NCBI GenBank assembly: GCA_032718475.1
Contig: JAUCBJ010001860.1
Span: 1-64,000 of the forward strand
From: Nemertoderma westbladi
Lineage: Eukaryota; Animalia; Xenacoelomorpha
Direction: 5' to 3'
DNA: 64,000 nucleotides
Under the pieces are notes generated by a model. That model was not told where the DNA came from and searched no databases. It saw nothing but the letters and a program-made list of their open reading frames with translations. A program made the translations under genes and the position numbers. Of the stretch, positions 12,273 to 27,331 are shown one piece after another (positions within the stretch are counted from its first letter, which is position 1; each line of letters opens with the position of its first letter).

Positions 12273-15200
12273 TACCTAGTAAGATACACAATAACCTAAA
12301 TATATCCCAAATACCTAGTAAGATACACAATAACCTAAATATATCCCAAATACATAGTAAGATACACAATAACCTAAATATATCCCAAATACCTAGTAAG
12401 ATACACAATAACCTAAATATATCCCAAATACCTAGTAAAATACACAATAACCTAAATATATCCCAAATACCTAGTAAAATACACAATAACCTAAATATAT
12501 CCCAAATACCTAGTAAGATACACAATAACCTAAATATATCCCAAATACCTAGTAAGATACACAATAACCTAAATATATCCCTAATGCCTAGTAAGATACA
12601 CAATAACCTAAATATATCCCAAATACATAGTGAGATACACAATAACCTAAATATATCCCAAATACCTAGTATGATACACAATAACCTAAATATATCCCAA
12701 ATACCTAGTAAGATACACAATAACCTAAATATATCCCTAATACCTAGTAAGATACACAATAACCTAAATATATCCCAAATACCTAGTAAAATACACAATA
12801 ACCTAAATATATCCCAAATACCTAGTATGATACACAATAACCTAAATATATCCCAAATACCTAGTAAGATACACAATAACCTAAATATATCCCTAATACC
12901 TAGTAAGATACACAATAACCTAAATATATCCCTAATACCTAGTAAGATACACAATAACCTAAATATATCCCAAATACCTAGTAAGATACACAATAACCTA
13001 AATATATCCCTAATACCTAGTAAGATACACAATAACCTAAATATATCCCAAATACCTAGTAAGATACACAATAACCTAAATATATCCCAATACCTAGTAA
13101 GATACACAATAACCTAAATATATCCCTAATACCTAGTAAGATACACAATAACCTAAATATATCCCAAATACCTAGTAAGATACACAATAACCTAAATATA
13201 TCCCTAATACCTAGTAAGATACACAATAACCTAAATATATCCCAAATACCTAGTAAGATACACAATAACCTAAATATATCCCTAATACCTAGTAAGATAC
13301 ACAATAACCTAAATATATCCCTAATACCTAGTAAGATACACAATAACCTAAATATATCCCTAATACCTAGTAAGATACACAATAACCTAAATATATCCCA
13401 AATACCTAGTAAGATACACAATAACCTAAATATATCCCTAATACCTAGTAAGATACACAATAACCTAAATATATCCCTAATACCTAGTAAGATACACAAT
13501 AACCTAAATATATCCCTAATACCTAGTAAGATACACAATAACCTAAATATATCCCTAATACCTAGTAAGATACACAATAACCTAAATATATCCCTAATAC
13601 CTAGTAAGATACACAATAACCTAAATATATCCCAAATACCTAGTAAGATACACAATAACCTAAATATATCCCAAATACCTAGTAAGATACACAATAACCT
13701 AAATATATCCCTAATACCTAGTAAGATACACAATAACCTAAATATATCCCTAATACCTAGTAAGATACACAATAACCTAAATATATCCCTAATACCTAGT
13801 AAGATACACAATAACCTAAATATATCCCTAATACCTAGTAAGATACACAATAACCTAAATATATCCCTAATACCTAGTAAGATACACAATAACCTAAATA
13901 TATCCCTAATACCTAGTAAGATACACAATAACCTAAATATATCCCTAATACCTAGTAAGATACACAATAACCTAAATATATCCCTAATACCTAGTAAGAT
14001 ACACAATAACCTAAATATATCCCTAATACCTAGTAAGATACACAATAACCTAAATATATCCCTAATACCTAGTAAGATACACAATAACCTAAATATATCC
14101 CAAATACCTAGTAAGATACACAATAACCTAAATATATCCCTAATACCTAGTAAGATACACAATAACCTAAATATATCCCTAATACCTAGTAAGATACACA
14201 ATAACCTAAATATATCCCTAATACCTAGTAAGATACACAATAACCTAAATATATCCCTAATACCTAGTAAGATACACAATAACCTAAATATATCCCTAAT
14301 ACCTAGTAAGATACACAATAACCTAAATATATCCCTAATACCTAGTAAGATACACAATAACCTAAATATATCCCTAATACCTAGTAAGATACACAATAAC
14401 CTAAATATATCCCTAATACCTAGTAAGATACACAATAACCTAAATATATCCCTAATACCTAGTAAGATACACAATAACCTAAATATATCCCTAATACCTA
14501 GTAAGATACACAATAACCTAAATATATCCCTAATACCTAGTAAGATACACAATAACCTAAATATATCCCTAATACCTAGTAAGATACACAATAACCTAAA
14601 TATATCCCTAATACCTAGTAAGATACACAATAACCTAAATATATCCCTAATACCTAGTAAGATACACAATAACCTAAATATATCCCTAATACCTAGTAAG
14701 ATACACAATAACCTAAATATATCCCTAATACCTAGTAAGATACACAATAACCTAAATATATCCCTAATACCTAGTAAGATACACAATAACCTAAATATAT
14801 CCCTAATACCTAGTAAGATACACAATAACCTAAATATATCCCTAATACCTAGTAAGATACACAATAACCTAAATATATCCCTAATACCTAGTAAGATACA
14901 CAATAACCTAAATATATCCCTAATACCTAGTAAGATACACAATAACCTAAATATATCCCTAATACCTAGTAAGATACACAATAACCTAAATATATCCCTA
15001 ATACCTAGTAAGATACACAATAACCTAAATATATCCCTAATACCTAGTAAGATACACAATAACCTAAATATATCCCTAATACCTAGTAAGATACACAATA
15101 ACCTAAATATATCCCTAATACCTAGTAAGATACACAATAACCTAAATATATCCCTAATACCTAGTAAGATACACAATAACCTAAATATATCCCAAATACC

Positions 15201-18200
15201 TAGTAAGATACACAATAACCTAAATATATCCCTAATACCTAGTAAGATACACAATAACCTAAATATATCCCTAATACCTAGTAAGATACACAATAACCTA
15301 AATATATCCCAAATACCTAGTAAGATACACAATAACCTAAATATATCCCAAATACCTAGTAAGATACACAATAACCTAAATATATCCCTAATACCTAGTA
15401 AGATACACAATAACCTAAATATATCCCAAATACCTAGTAAGATACACAATAACCTAAATATATCCCTAATACCTAGTAAGATACACAATAACCTAAATAT
15501 ATCCCTAATACCTAGTAAGATACACAATAACCTAAATATATCCCTAATACCTAGTAAGATACACAATAACCTAAATATATCCCTAATACCTAGTAAGATA
15601 CACAATAACCTAAATATATCCCAAATACCTAGTAAGATACACAATAACCTAAATATATCCCTAATACCTAGTAAGATACACAATAACCTAAATATATCCC
15701 AAATACCTAGTAAGATACACAATAACCTAAATATATCCCAAATACCTAGTAAGATACACAATAACCTAAATATATCCCAAATACCTAGTAAGATACACAA
15801 TAACCTAAATATATCCCAAATACCTAGTAAGATACACAATAACCTAAATATATCCCAAATACCTAGTAAGATACACAATAACCTAAATATATCCCAAATA
15901 CCTAGTAAGATACACAATAACCTAAATATATCCCAAATACCTAGTAAGATACACAATAACCTAAATATATCCCTAATACCTAGTAAGATACACAATAACC
16001 TAAATATATCCCTAATACCTAGTAAGATACACAATAACCTAAATATATCCCAAATACCTAGTAAGATACACAATAACCTAAATATATCCCTAATACCTAG
16101 TAAGATACACAATAACCTAAATATATCCCAAATACCTAGTAAGATACACAATAACCTAAATATATCCCAAATACCTAGTAAGATACACAATAACCTAAAT
16201 ATATCCCAAATACCTAGTAAGATACACAATAACCTAAATATATCCCAAATACCTAGTAAGATACACAATAACCTAAATATATCCCAAATACCTAGTAAGA
16301 TACACAATAACCTAAATATATCCCAAATACCTAGTAAGATACACAATAACCTAAATATATCCCAAATACCTAGTAAGATACACAATAACCTAAATATATC
16401 CCAAATACCTAGTAAGATACACAATAACCTAAATATATCCCAAATACCTAGTAAGATACACAATAACCTAAATATATCCCAAATACCTAGTAAGATACAC
16501 AATAACCTAAATATATCCCTAATACCTAGTAAGATACACAATAACCTAAATATATCCCAAATACCTAGTAAGATACACAATAACCTAAATATATCCCAAA
16601 TACCTAGTAAGATACACAATAACCTAAATATATCCCAAATACCTAGTAAGATACACAATAACCTAAATATATCCCTAATACCTAGTAAGATACACAATAA
16701 CCTAAATATATCCCAAATACCTAGTAAGATACACAATAACCTAAATATATCCCAAATACCTAGTAAGATACACAATAACCTAAATATATCCCAAATACCT
16801 AGTAAGATACACAATAACCTAAATATATCCCAAATACCTAGTAAGATACACAATAACCTAAATATATCCCAAATACCTAGTAAGATACACAATAACCTAA
16901 ATATATCCCAAATACCTAGTAAGATACACAATAACCTAAATATATCCCAAATACCTAGTAAGATACACAATAACCTAAATATATCCCTAATACCTAGTAA
17001 GATACACAATAACCTAAATATATCCCAAATACCTAGTAAGATACACAATAACCTAAATATATCCCAAATACCTAGTAAGATACACAATAACCTAAATATA
17101 TCCCTAATACCTAGTAAGATACACAATAACCTAAATATATCCCAAATACCTAGTAAGATACACAATAACCTAAATATATCCCAAATACCTAGTAAGATAC
17201 ACAATAACCTAAATATATCCCTAATACCTAGTAAGATACACAATAACCTAAATATATCCCAAATACCTAGTAAGATACACAATAACCTAAATATATCCCA
17301 AATACCTAGTAAGATACACAATAACCTAAATATATCCCAAATACCTAGTAAGATACACAATAACCTAAATATATCCCAAATACCTAGTAAGATACACAAT
17401 AACCTAAATATATCCCAAATACCTAGTAAGATACACAATAACCTAAATATATCCCAAATACCTAGTAAGATACACAATAACCTAAATATATCCCAAATAC
17501 CTAGTAAGATACACAATAACCTAAATATATCCCAAATACCTAGTAAGATACACAATAACCTAAATATATCCCAAATACCTAGTAAGATACACAATAACCT
17601 AAATATATCCCAAATACCTAGTAAGATACACAATAACCTAAATATATCCCAAATACCTAGTAAGATACACAATAACCTAAATATATCCCAAATACCTAGT
17701 AAGATACACAATAACCTAAATATATCCCAAATACCTAGTAAGATACACAATAACCTAAATATATCCCAAATACCTAGTAAGATACACAATAACCTAAATA
17801 TATCCCAAATACCTAGTAAGATACACAATAACCTAAATATATCCCAAATACCTAGTAAGATACACAATAACCTAAATATATCCCAAATACCTAGTAAGAT
17901 ACACAATAACCTAAATATATCCCAAATACCTAGTAAGATACACAATAACCTAAATATATCCCAAATACCTAGTAAGATACACAATAACCTAAATATATCC
18001 CAAATACCTAGTAAGATACACAATAACCTAAATATATCCCAAATACCTAGTAAGATACACAATAACCTAAATATATCCCAAATACCTAGTAAGATACACA
18101 ATAACCTAAATATATCCCAAATACCTAGTAAGATACACAATAACCTAAATATATCCCAAATACCTAGTAAGATACACAATAACCTAAATATATCCCAAAT

Positions 18201-21200
18201 ACCTAGTAAGATACACAATAACCTAAATATATCCCAAATACCTAGTAAGATACACAATAACCTAAATATATCCCAAATACCTAGTAAGATACACAATAAC
18301 CTAAATATATCCCAAATACCTAGTAAGATACACAATAACCTAAATATATCCCAAATACCTAGTAAGATACACAATAACCTAAATATATCCCAAATACCTA
18401 GTAAGATACACAATAACCTAAATATATCCCAAATACCTAGTAAGATACACAATAACCTAAATATATCCCAAATACCTAGTAAGATACACAATAACCTAAA
18501 TATATCCCAAATACCTAGTAAGATACACAATAACCTAAATATATCCCAAATACCTAGTAAGATACACAATAACCTAAATATATCCCAAATACCTAGTAAG
18601 ATACACAATAACCTAAATATATCCCAAATACCTAGTAAGATACACAATAACCTAAATATATCCCAAATACCTAGTAAGATACACAATAACCTAAATATAT
18701 CCCAAATACCTAGTAAGATACACAATAACCTAAATATATCCCAAATACCTAGTAAGATACACAATAACCTAAATATATCCCAAATACCTAGTAAGATACA
18801 CAATAACCTAAATATATCCCAAATACCTAGTAAGATACACAATAACCTAAATATATCCCAAATACCTAGTAAGATACACAATAACCTAAATATATCCCAA
18901 ATACCTAGTAAGATACACAATAACCTAAATATATCCCAAATACCTAGTAAGATACACAATAACCTAAATATATCCCAAATACCTAGTAAGATACACAATA
19001 ACCTAAATATATCCCAAATACCTAGTAAGATACACAATAACCTAAATATATCCCAAATACCTAGTAAGATACACAATAACCTAAATATATCCCAAATACC
19101 TAGTAAGATACACAATAACCTAAATATATCCCAAATACCTAGTAAGATACACAATAACCTAAATATATCCCAAATACCTAGTAAGATACACAATAACCTA
19201 AATATATCCCAAATACCTAGTAAGATACACAATAACCTAAATATATCCCAAATACCTAGTAAGATACACAATAACCTAAATATATCCCAAATACCTAGTA
19301 AGATACACAATAACCTAAATATATCCCAAATACCTAGTAAGATACACAATAACCTAAATATATCCCAAATACCTAGTAAGATACACAATAACCTAAATAT
19401 ATCCCAAATACCTAGTAAGATACACAATAACCTAAATATATCCCAAATACCTAGTAAGATACACAATAACCTAAATATATCCCAAATACCTAGTAAGATA
19501 CACAATAACCTAAATATATCCCAAATACCTAGTAAGATACACAATAACCTAAATATATCCCAAATACCTAGTAAGATACACAATAACCTAAATATATCCC
19601 AAATACCTAGTAAGATACACAATAACCTAAATATATCCCAAATACCTAGTAAGATACACAATAACCTAAATATATCCCAAATACCTAGTAAGATACACAA
19701 TAACCTAAATATATCCCAAATACCTAGTAAGATACACAATAACCTAAATATATCCCAAATACCTAGTAAGATACACAATAACCTAAATATATCCCAAATA
19801 CCTAGTAAGATACACAATAACCTAAATATATCCCAAATACCTAGTAAGATACACAATAACCTAAATATATCCCAAATACCTAGTAAGATACACAATAACC
19901 TAAATATATCCCAAATACCTAGTAAGATACACAATAACCTAAATATATCCCAAATACCTAGTAAGATACACAATAACCTAAATATATCCCAAATACCTAG
20001 TAAGATACACAATAACCTAAATATATCCCAAATACCTAGTAAGATACACAATAACCTAAATATATCCCAAATACCTAGTAAGATACACAATAACCTAAAT
20101 ATATCCCAAATACCTAGTAAGATACACAATAACCTAAATATATCCCAAATACCTAGTAAGATACACAATAACCTAAATATATCCCAAATACCTAGTAAGA
20201 TACACAATAACCTAAATATATCCCAAATACCTAGTAAGATACACAATAACCTAAATATATCCCAAATACCTAGTAAGATACACAATAACCTAAATATATC
20301 CCAAATACCTAGTAAGATACACAATAACCTAAATATATCCCAAATACCTAGTAAGATACACAATAACCTAAATATATCCCAAATACCTAGTAAGATACAC
20401 AATAACCTAAATATATCCCAAATACCTAGTAAGATACACAATAACCTAAATATATCCCAAATACCTAGTAAGATACACAATAACCTAAATATATCCCAAA
20501 TACCTAGTAAGATACACAATAACCTAAATATATCCCAAATACCTAGTAAGATACACAATAACCTAAATATATCCCAAATACCTAGTAAGATACACAATAA
20601 CCTAAATATATCCCAAATACCTAGTAAGATACACAATAACCTAAATATATCCCAAATACCTAGTAAGATACACAATAACCTAAATATATCCCAAATACCT
20701 AGTAAGATACACAATAACCTAAATATATCCCAAATACCTAGTAAGATACACAATAACCTAAATATATCCCAAATACCTAGTAAGATACACAATAACCTAA
20801 ATATATCCCAAATACCTAGTAAGATACACAATAACCTAAATATATCCCAAATACCTAGTAAGATACACAATAACCTAAATATATCCCAAATACCTAGTAA
20901 GATACACAATAACCTAAATATATCCCAAATACCTAGTAAGATACACAATAACCTAAATATATCCCTAATACCTAGTAAGATACACAATAACCTAAATATA
21001 TCCCAAATACCTAGTAAGATACACAATAACCTAAATATATCCCAAATACCTAGTAAGATACACAATAACCTAAATATATCCCAAATACCTAGTAAGATAC
21101 ACAATAACCTAAATATATCCCAAATACCTAGTAAGATACACAATAACCTAAATATATCCCAAATACCTAGTAAGATACACAATAACCTAAATATATCCCT

Positions 21201-23300
21201 AATACCTAGTAAGATACACAATAACCTAAATATATCCCTAATACCTAGTAAGATACACAATAACCTAAATATATCCCTAATACCTAGTAAGATACACAAT
21301 AACCTAAATATATCCCAAATACCTAGTAAGATACACAATAACCTAAATATATCCCTAATACCTAGTAAGATACACAATAACCTAAATATATCCCAAATAC
21401 CTAGTAAGATACACAATAACCTAAATATATCCCAAATACCTAGTAAGATACACAATAACCTAAATATATCCCTAATACCTAGTAAGATACACAATAACCT
21501 AAATATATCCCAAATACCTAGTAAGATACACAATAACCTAAATATATCCCAAATACCTAGTAAGATACACAATAACCTAAATATATCCCAAATACCTAGT
21601 AAGATACACAATAACCTAAATATATCCCTAATACCTAGTAAGATACACAATAACCTAAATATATCCCAAATACCTAGTAAGATACACAATAACCTAAATA
21701 TATCCCAAATACCTAGTAAGATACACAATAACCTAAATATATCCCTAATACCTAGTAAGATACACAATAACCTAAATATATCCCTAATACCTAGTAAGAT
21801 ACACAATAACCTAAATATATCCCTAATACCTAGTAAGATACACAATAACCTAAATATATCCCTAATACCTAGTAAGATACACAATAACCTAAATATATCC
21901 CTAATACCTAGTAAGATACACAATAACCTAAATATATCCCTAATACCTAGTAAGATACACAATAACCTAAATATATCCCTAATACCTAGTAAGATACACA
22001 ATAACCTAAATATATCCCAAATACCTAGTAAGATACACAATAACCTAAATATATCCCTAATACCTAGTAAGATACACAATAACCTAAATATATCCCTAAT
22101 ACCTAGTAAGATACACAATAACCTAAATATATCCCTAATACCTAGTAAGATACACAATAACCTAAATATATCCCTAATACCTAGTAAGATACACAATAAC
22201 CTAAATATATCCCAAATACATAGTAAGATACACAATAACCTAAATTATCCCTAATACCTAGTAAGATACACAATAACCTAAATATATCCCTAATACCTAG
22301 TAAGATACACAATAACCTAAATATATCCCTAATACCTAGTAAGATACACAATAACCTAAATATATCCCTAATACCTAGTAAGATACACAATAACCTAAAT
22401 ATATCCCAAATACCTAGTAAGATACACAATAACCTAAATATATCCCAAATACCTAGTAAGATACACAATAACCTAAATATATCCCAAATACCTAGTAAGA
22501 TACACAATAACCTAAATATATCCCAAATACCTAGTAAGATACACAATAACCTAAATATATCCCAATTACCTAGTAAGATACACAATAACCTAAATATATC
22601 CCAGAGTAAGATACACAATAACCTAAATATATCCCTAATACCTAGTAAGATACACAATAACCTAAATATATCCCTAATACCTAGTAAGATACACAATAAC
22701 CTAAATATATCCCTAATACCTAGTAAGATACACAATAACCTAAATATATCCCTAATACCTAGTAAGATACACAATAACCTAAATTATCCCTAATACCTAG
22801 TAAGATACACAATAACCTAAATATATCCCTAATACCTAGTAAAATACACAATAACCTAAATATATCCCTAATACCTAGTAAGATACACAATAACCTAAAT
22901 ATATCCCAAATACATAGTAAGATACACAATAACCTAAATTATCCCTAATACCTAGTAAGATACACAATAACCTAAATATATCCCTAATACCTAGTAAGAT
23001 ACACAATAACCTAAATATATCCCAAATACCTAGTAAGATACACAATAACCTAAATATATCCCTAATACCTAGTAAGATACACAATAACGTAAATATATAC
23101 CTAATACCTAGTAAGATACACAATAACCTAAATATATACCTAATACCTAGTAAGATACACAATAACCTAAATTATCCCAAATACATAGTAAGATACACAA
23201 TAACCTAAATATATCCCAAATACCTAGTAAGATACACAATAACCTAAATTATCCCAAATACATAGTGAGATACACAATAACCTAAATATATATCCCAAAT
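12273..23300. repeat. 39-bp satellite array, right part (~280 copies)
   Basis: Same unit, with blocks of a CCCTAA variant. It degenerates at the 22200-23300 edge. Confidence 0.99.
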
Positions 23301-23950
23301 TAATTTAAATAATTTTTTTTTAAGTTCACCCCTTGGTGGGGTAAATGGGAAATACAGACATATAAAAATGCGAAATAGATATATAAAGAAATAGACAGTG
23401 TTTAAATCATAATGGTTTACGATGTGACGAGAATTATAATAGACTGACACCGGCGACGATACTGTAACTGAGGGTGTGGTAGGCCGACATATCGCAGAGC
23501 ATTAAACACTATATCGGCAATGGCAGTTGGGGACAGAGTTAGTGCAGATTAGATGGTGGATTCCATGCGATGTAAAGCGCGCGATGTGATGGCCCCATGG
23601 CGGTTTGCGTTGTTCCGGCCGACTTCCAGACAGAACTGGGGAACCCGGGATCATTCATGAATCTTTTCGCAGTAAGTTGGCATCGCGCTCAGAACTGGAC
23701 ACTCTATGCAGTGATGACGTCATCATTAAAAAGCTGTCGTGATATTCAGAGATTACAGTTTCCATTTGAGGTTTTTCGTATTTGAGATATAAAGAGAGGC
23801 AGCCGGCAGAGTATCCATTTGATGTGTTGGATTATTTTGTTGTTCTTTGAGTTTGATACCGATAAAACGCACAGCATTCTCACAACCAGTAATCAGTATT
23901 GTGTTACTACAGTACTATATTGGATCGTTTAATACATTCACGAAACGGGA

Positions 23951-24545
23951 GCTACGGTTTAGTTTCAGTTTTACTGAGTTTCTCGCTACGGTTTAGTTTC
24001 AGTTTTACTGAGTTTCTCGCTACGGTTTAGTTTCAGTTTTACTGAGTTTCTCGCTACGTTTTAGTTTCAGTTTTACTGAGTTTCTCGCTACGGTTTAGTT
24101 TCAGTTTTACTGAGTTTCTCGCTACGGTTTAGTTTCAGTTTTACTGAGTTTCTCGCTACGGTTTAGTTTCAGTTTTACTGAGTTTCTCGCTACGGTTTAG
24201 TTTCAGTTTTACTGAGTTTCTCGCTACGGTTTAGTTTCAGTTTACTGAGTTTCTCGCTACGGGTTAGTTTCAGTTTTACTGAGTTTCTCGCTACGGTTTA
24301 GTTTCAGTTTTACTGAGTTTCTCGCTACGGTTTAGTTTCAGTCTACGGTATAGTTTCAGTTTTACTGAGTTTCTCGCTACGGTTTAGTTTCAGTTTTACT
24401 GAGTTTCTCGCTACGGTTTAGTTTCAGTTTTACTGAGTTTCTCGCTACGGTTTAGTTTCAGTTTTACTGAGTTTCTCGCTACGGTTTAGTTTCAGTTTTA
24501 CTGAGTTTCTCGCCACGGTTTAGTCTCAGTTTTACTAAGTTTCTC
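23951..24545. repeat. 34-bp minisatellite (~17 copies)
   Basis: Unit GCTACGGTTTAGTTTCAGTTTTACTGAGTTTCTC. Confidence 0.97.
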
Positions 24546-24928
24546 TAGTAGTGAGTGTTCCCCGTATTTTTCGCCCGTTTGTCTTTTATAAATTAATTCG
24601 TGTTTTCGGAGGTCCCAGAATTGTTTGTCGTTGAAGGTGGATTGTTTACGGATTGCCATTGCTGACGTCAGATTATGTTTGGTCTGTCGGAACATAGTTA
24701 AACTGTGGGATTTACCGAAATGCAGGTTGGATTTCGTAAGAGGGATCGAGTCAATTATAGTTTCTGACAGGAAAGTTGAAGGCGAGGTAATACCATTGAG
24801 ACTAAGTGCGTAGTCGACCTAGTAGTGGAGGCCGAGAATCTACTAATATCTACTGCAACTTTGTATCTTTATTCTTCCTTAATATTTAGAATTATTTTTA
24901 ATATTTTAATAAAAAATAACAAAAAAAC

Positions 24929-25175
24929 CTTTTGCGATTAACTCGTCTTTGAACTGAACCAGTGGGGGATCCCAAGTCTCTTCACCGTCACTAAGGATAA
25001 TAAACTGGGCGCCCTTAGTTACCGCCACGCCGGAATCGTTGAGGTTCTTTAGAGCTGCTTGCACCCCCGCTCCTATGGACGTCGCCTTGTACGTAGAATT
25101 CGGGAGACTCTTTACTAGGTTCTCCCGAACTTTGTCTGAGGTAACATTAACCAGATCATGTACGACATTCGCAGT
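24929..25175 (-). CDS. CLCA: CLCA-like gene exon (vWA domain), last exon seen; ends in phase 1
   Basis: tttag|TANVVHDLV...ATSIGAGV...FIILSDGEETWDPPL...ELIAK G|gt. 247 nt. Matches the CLCA vWA 'TSICxG...LLTDGED' region. Confidence 0.88.
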
Positions 25176-25478
25176 CTAAAACAAACAATAGTTACGGATT
25201 TCGTAGTAGAGTGACTTAAACTTTTGTTTGGCTTGTATTTTGCCAATTTCATTAGAATTACCATTAAAAAATATGTTCAACTACACCTACTTTTTGAGCA
25301 TTGGATATTTGTCAGCTATATCCATAATTGGTACTCACAAAAAATTTGGAATTGAAAAATATAAGCCAATACTTGTACCCACTTGAAAATGTGTCAGAAC
25401 ACATTCTCACAAGGTATTGGAATTATTATTAATTATTATTGGTAGCTCATTCAAATTACCGGTGTGTAATGGTCTTAC

Positions 25479-25577
25479 CTCAGCATACTGAACAATTCCT
25501 AGAGAACTATTCGTCTCCACGAAGGATAGGATAAATCGACTGGCGGCGTGGCGCATTCTTTGAAGTCGATCGTTCAA
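25479..25577 (-). CDS. CLCA: CLCA-like gene exon (vWA domain)
   Basis: tttag|LNDRLQRMRHAASRFILSFVETNSSLGIVQYAE|gtaag. 99 nt, phase 0/0. Confidence 0.88.
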
Positions 25578-25688
25578 CTAAAATATTAAAACAAATATTT
25601 AGTAAAACTACATAAATCTAGTGAATAAAATAATAGAGAATAAATATAGTGGCAACGGTGGAATTGGTCTCCAATTCTATGGATGAAT

Positions 25689-26049
25689 CTAACTGCACCT
25701 AGCTCTAACTGCACCTAGCTCTAACTGCACCTAGCTCTAACTGCACCTAGCTCTAACTGCACCTAGCTCTAACTGCACCTAGCTCTAACTGCACCTAGCT
25801 CTAACTGCACCTAGCTCTAACTGCACCTAGCTCTAACTGCACCTAGCTCTAACTGCACCTAGCTCTAACTGCACCTAGCTCTAACTGCACCTAGCTCTAA
25901 CTGCACCTAGCTCTAACTGCACCTAGCTCTAACTGCACCTAGCTCTAACTGCACCTAGCTCTAACTGCACCTAGCTCTAACTGCACCTAGCTCTAACTGC
26001 ACCTAGCTCTAACTGCACCTAGCTCTAACTGCACCTAGCTCTAACTGCA
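25689..26049. repeat. 16-bp perfect minisatellite (~22 copies)
   Basis: Unit CTAACTGCACCTAGCT. Confidence 0.98.
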
Positions 26050-26439
26050 GCAAATAGACCAAATCTTGAACCATCCGTTGCTACTTTCTCATGTTCTGGA
26101 AGATTGGCTAATAAGTTTCCTAAGGTGGTTCTGATTGTATGCCATTAACCCACTAGTGTTGCTCCAGTAGATGAGGTAGGAAATTTATACCATAGATTAC
26201 AAGCAGCTACTGAAGTTGTGGAACAGCATGCATTCTTGATTTTCCTAAGTGAATTATCAACATCGCCGTGGGTCTATAGCTATAGTTTTAACCGAGATTT
26301 AGTCCATCTTCGGGATTTAATCTCTGGAAATTATTGATTGTTCTCGGCTGGGAGCCAATTCAAGAAGGAAACTGGAAAGCTGTAGATATATACTGGACCC
26401 GGTGGCCACAATGCCCAGATTCACCATATTATTCTATTT

Positions 26440-27331
26440 ATGTATACTGCTGATGGTGACACAGATCCATGGGGAGTCCCTTCAGGGTGACACACTTGCA
26501 CAATTCTTATTTGTAATTGTTGTGTTCTACGCACGTTCTTAGACCATCTTAATAAAGATGGGGTGATGGTAACTCCATCTACAGGCTCCAGAAGTCGAGG
26601 AAATCCTGCCAAGTACGGTACCTAACTGATCTATACTTTGCTGATGACTTAGGGGTACTGTCAGAATCACTAGAGAGAGCCCAAAGACTCCTCTGCTCAT
26701 TGCAGCAGGTTGCGTCTAGTGTTGGTCTTTTTGTAAATTCCAAGAAGACCAAAATCATGATATTGAACCTAGACAGCCCTTAAGAAATGTCTGATCTAAG
26801 GGCATAAGCTCTAAGGACGGCTTGCTTGAGCACGTGGATGACTTCTGCTACTTGGGATCATGGATCCAAAGTCAGATAAAGATCTTCGGATACGCGTTAA
26901 ATAGTCTGTCCAGGATTTGGAAGAATAAAGCGGAACCTTATGGTTCGATTATTTATGGCAGTAGTAGTAGCAGTACTCTAATATGGGAGTCCATCCATGA
27001 TGTTCTCTAACTGCAGAGGATACCAAATCTCTGAAAGACACATTCGCAAGAATGCGCCGGGTTGATTGTGTCAAGTATAATGAACAGATGTCCAATCAAA
27101 CTATATAAAATTCAAGGTGTTTCATTAGTCTGCCCTAGCTTGACACTTGAACGGCACCGCCTCCGCTTTGCAGGATATTGCTTTCGCAGGACCACCCAAT
27201 GCATAATGAACTTTGTTTGAACTTTGGCGGCCTCCTGGAGGGAATAAGCATGGTGGACAGACCATGACTTTCTTGAGATGCATCTTGAAGGTCACTGGCA
27301 ATCTTGTCGGCAAGCCGGCACGGCATTCTTA
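26440..27331 (+). pseudogene. Degenerate RTE-like LINE 3' fragment (its tail resumes at ~31180-31215)
   Basis: Colinear with 32180-33000 and 36240-36440 (TPSTGSRSRGNPAK, LEHVDDFCYLGSW). Many stops and indels. Confidence 0.85.

Noticed and set aside
13056-22235. 3059-aa ORF (GIWDIFRLLCILL)n and similar ORFs at 7786, 12092, 12154, 22181 and 22875
   Set aside because: These are translations of a stop-free 39-bp satellite, with no ATG and open frames on both strands. They are not stand-alone genes.
1-23300. CRISPR-like or true telomeric array
   Set aside because: There are no unique spacers or cas genes and the context is eukaryotic. The unit is not a simple telomerase repeat, and CLCA needs further exons on this side.
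23440-23950. Possible decayed retroelement coding remnant
   Set aside because: No recognisable motif could be read.
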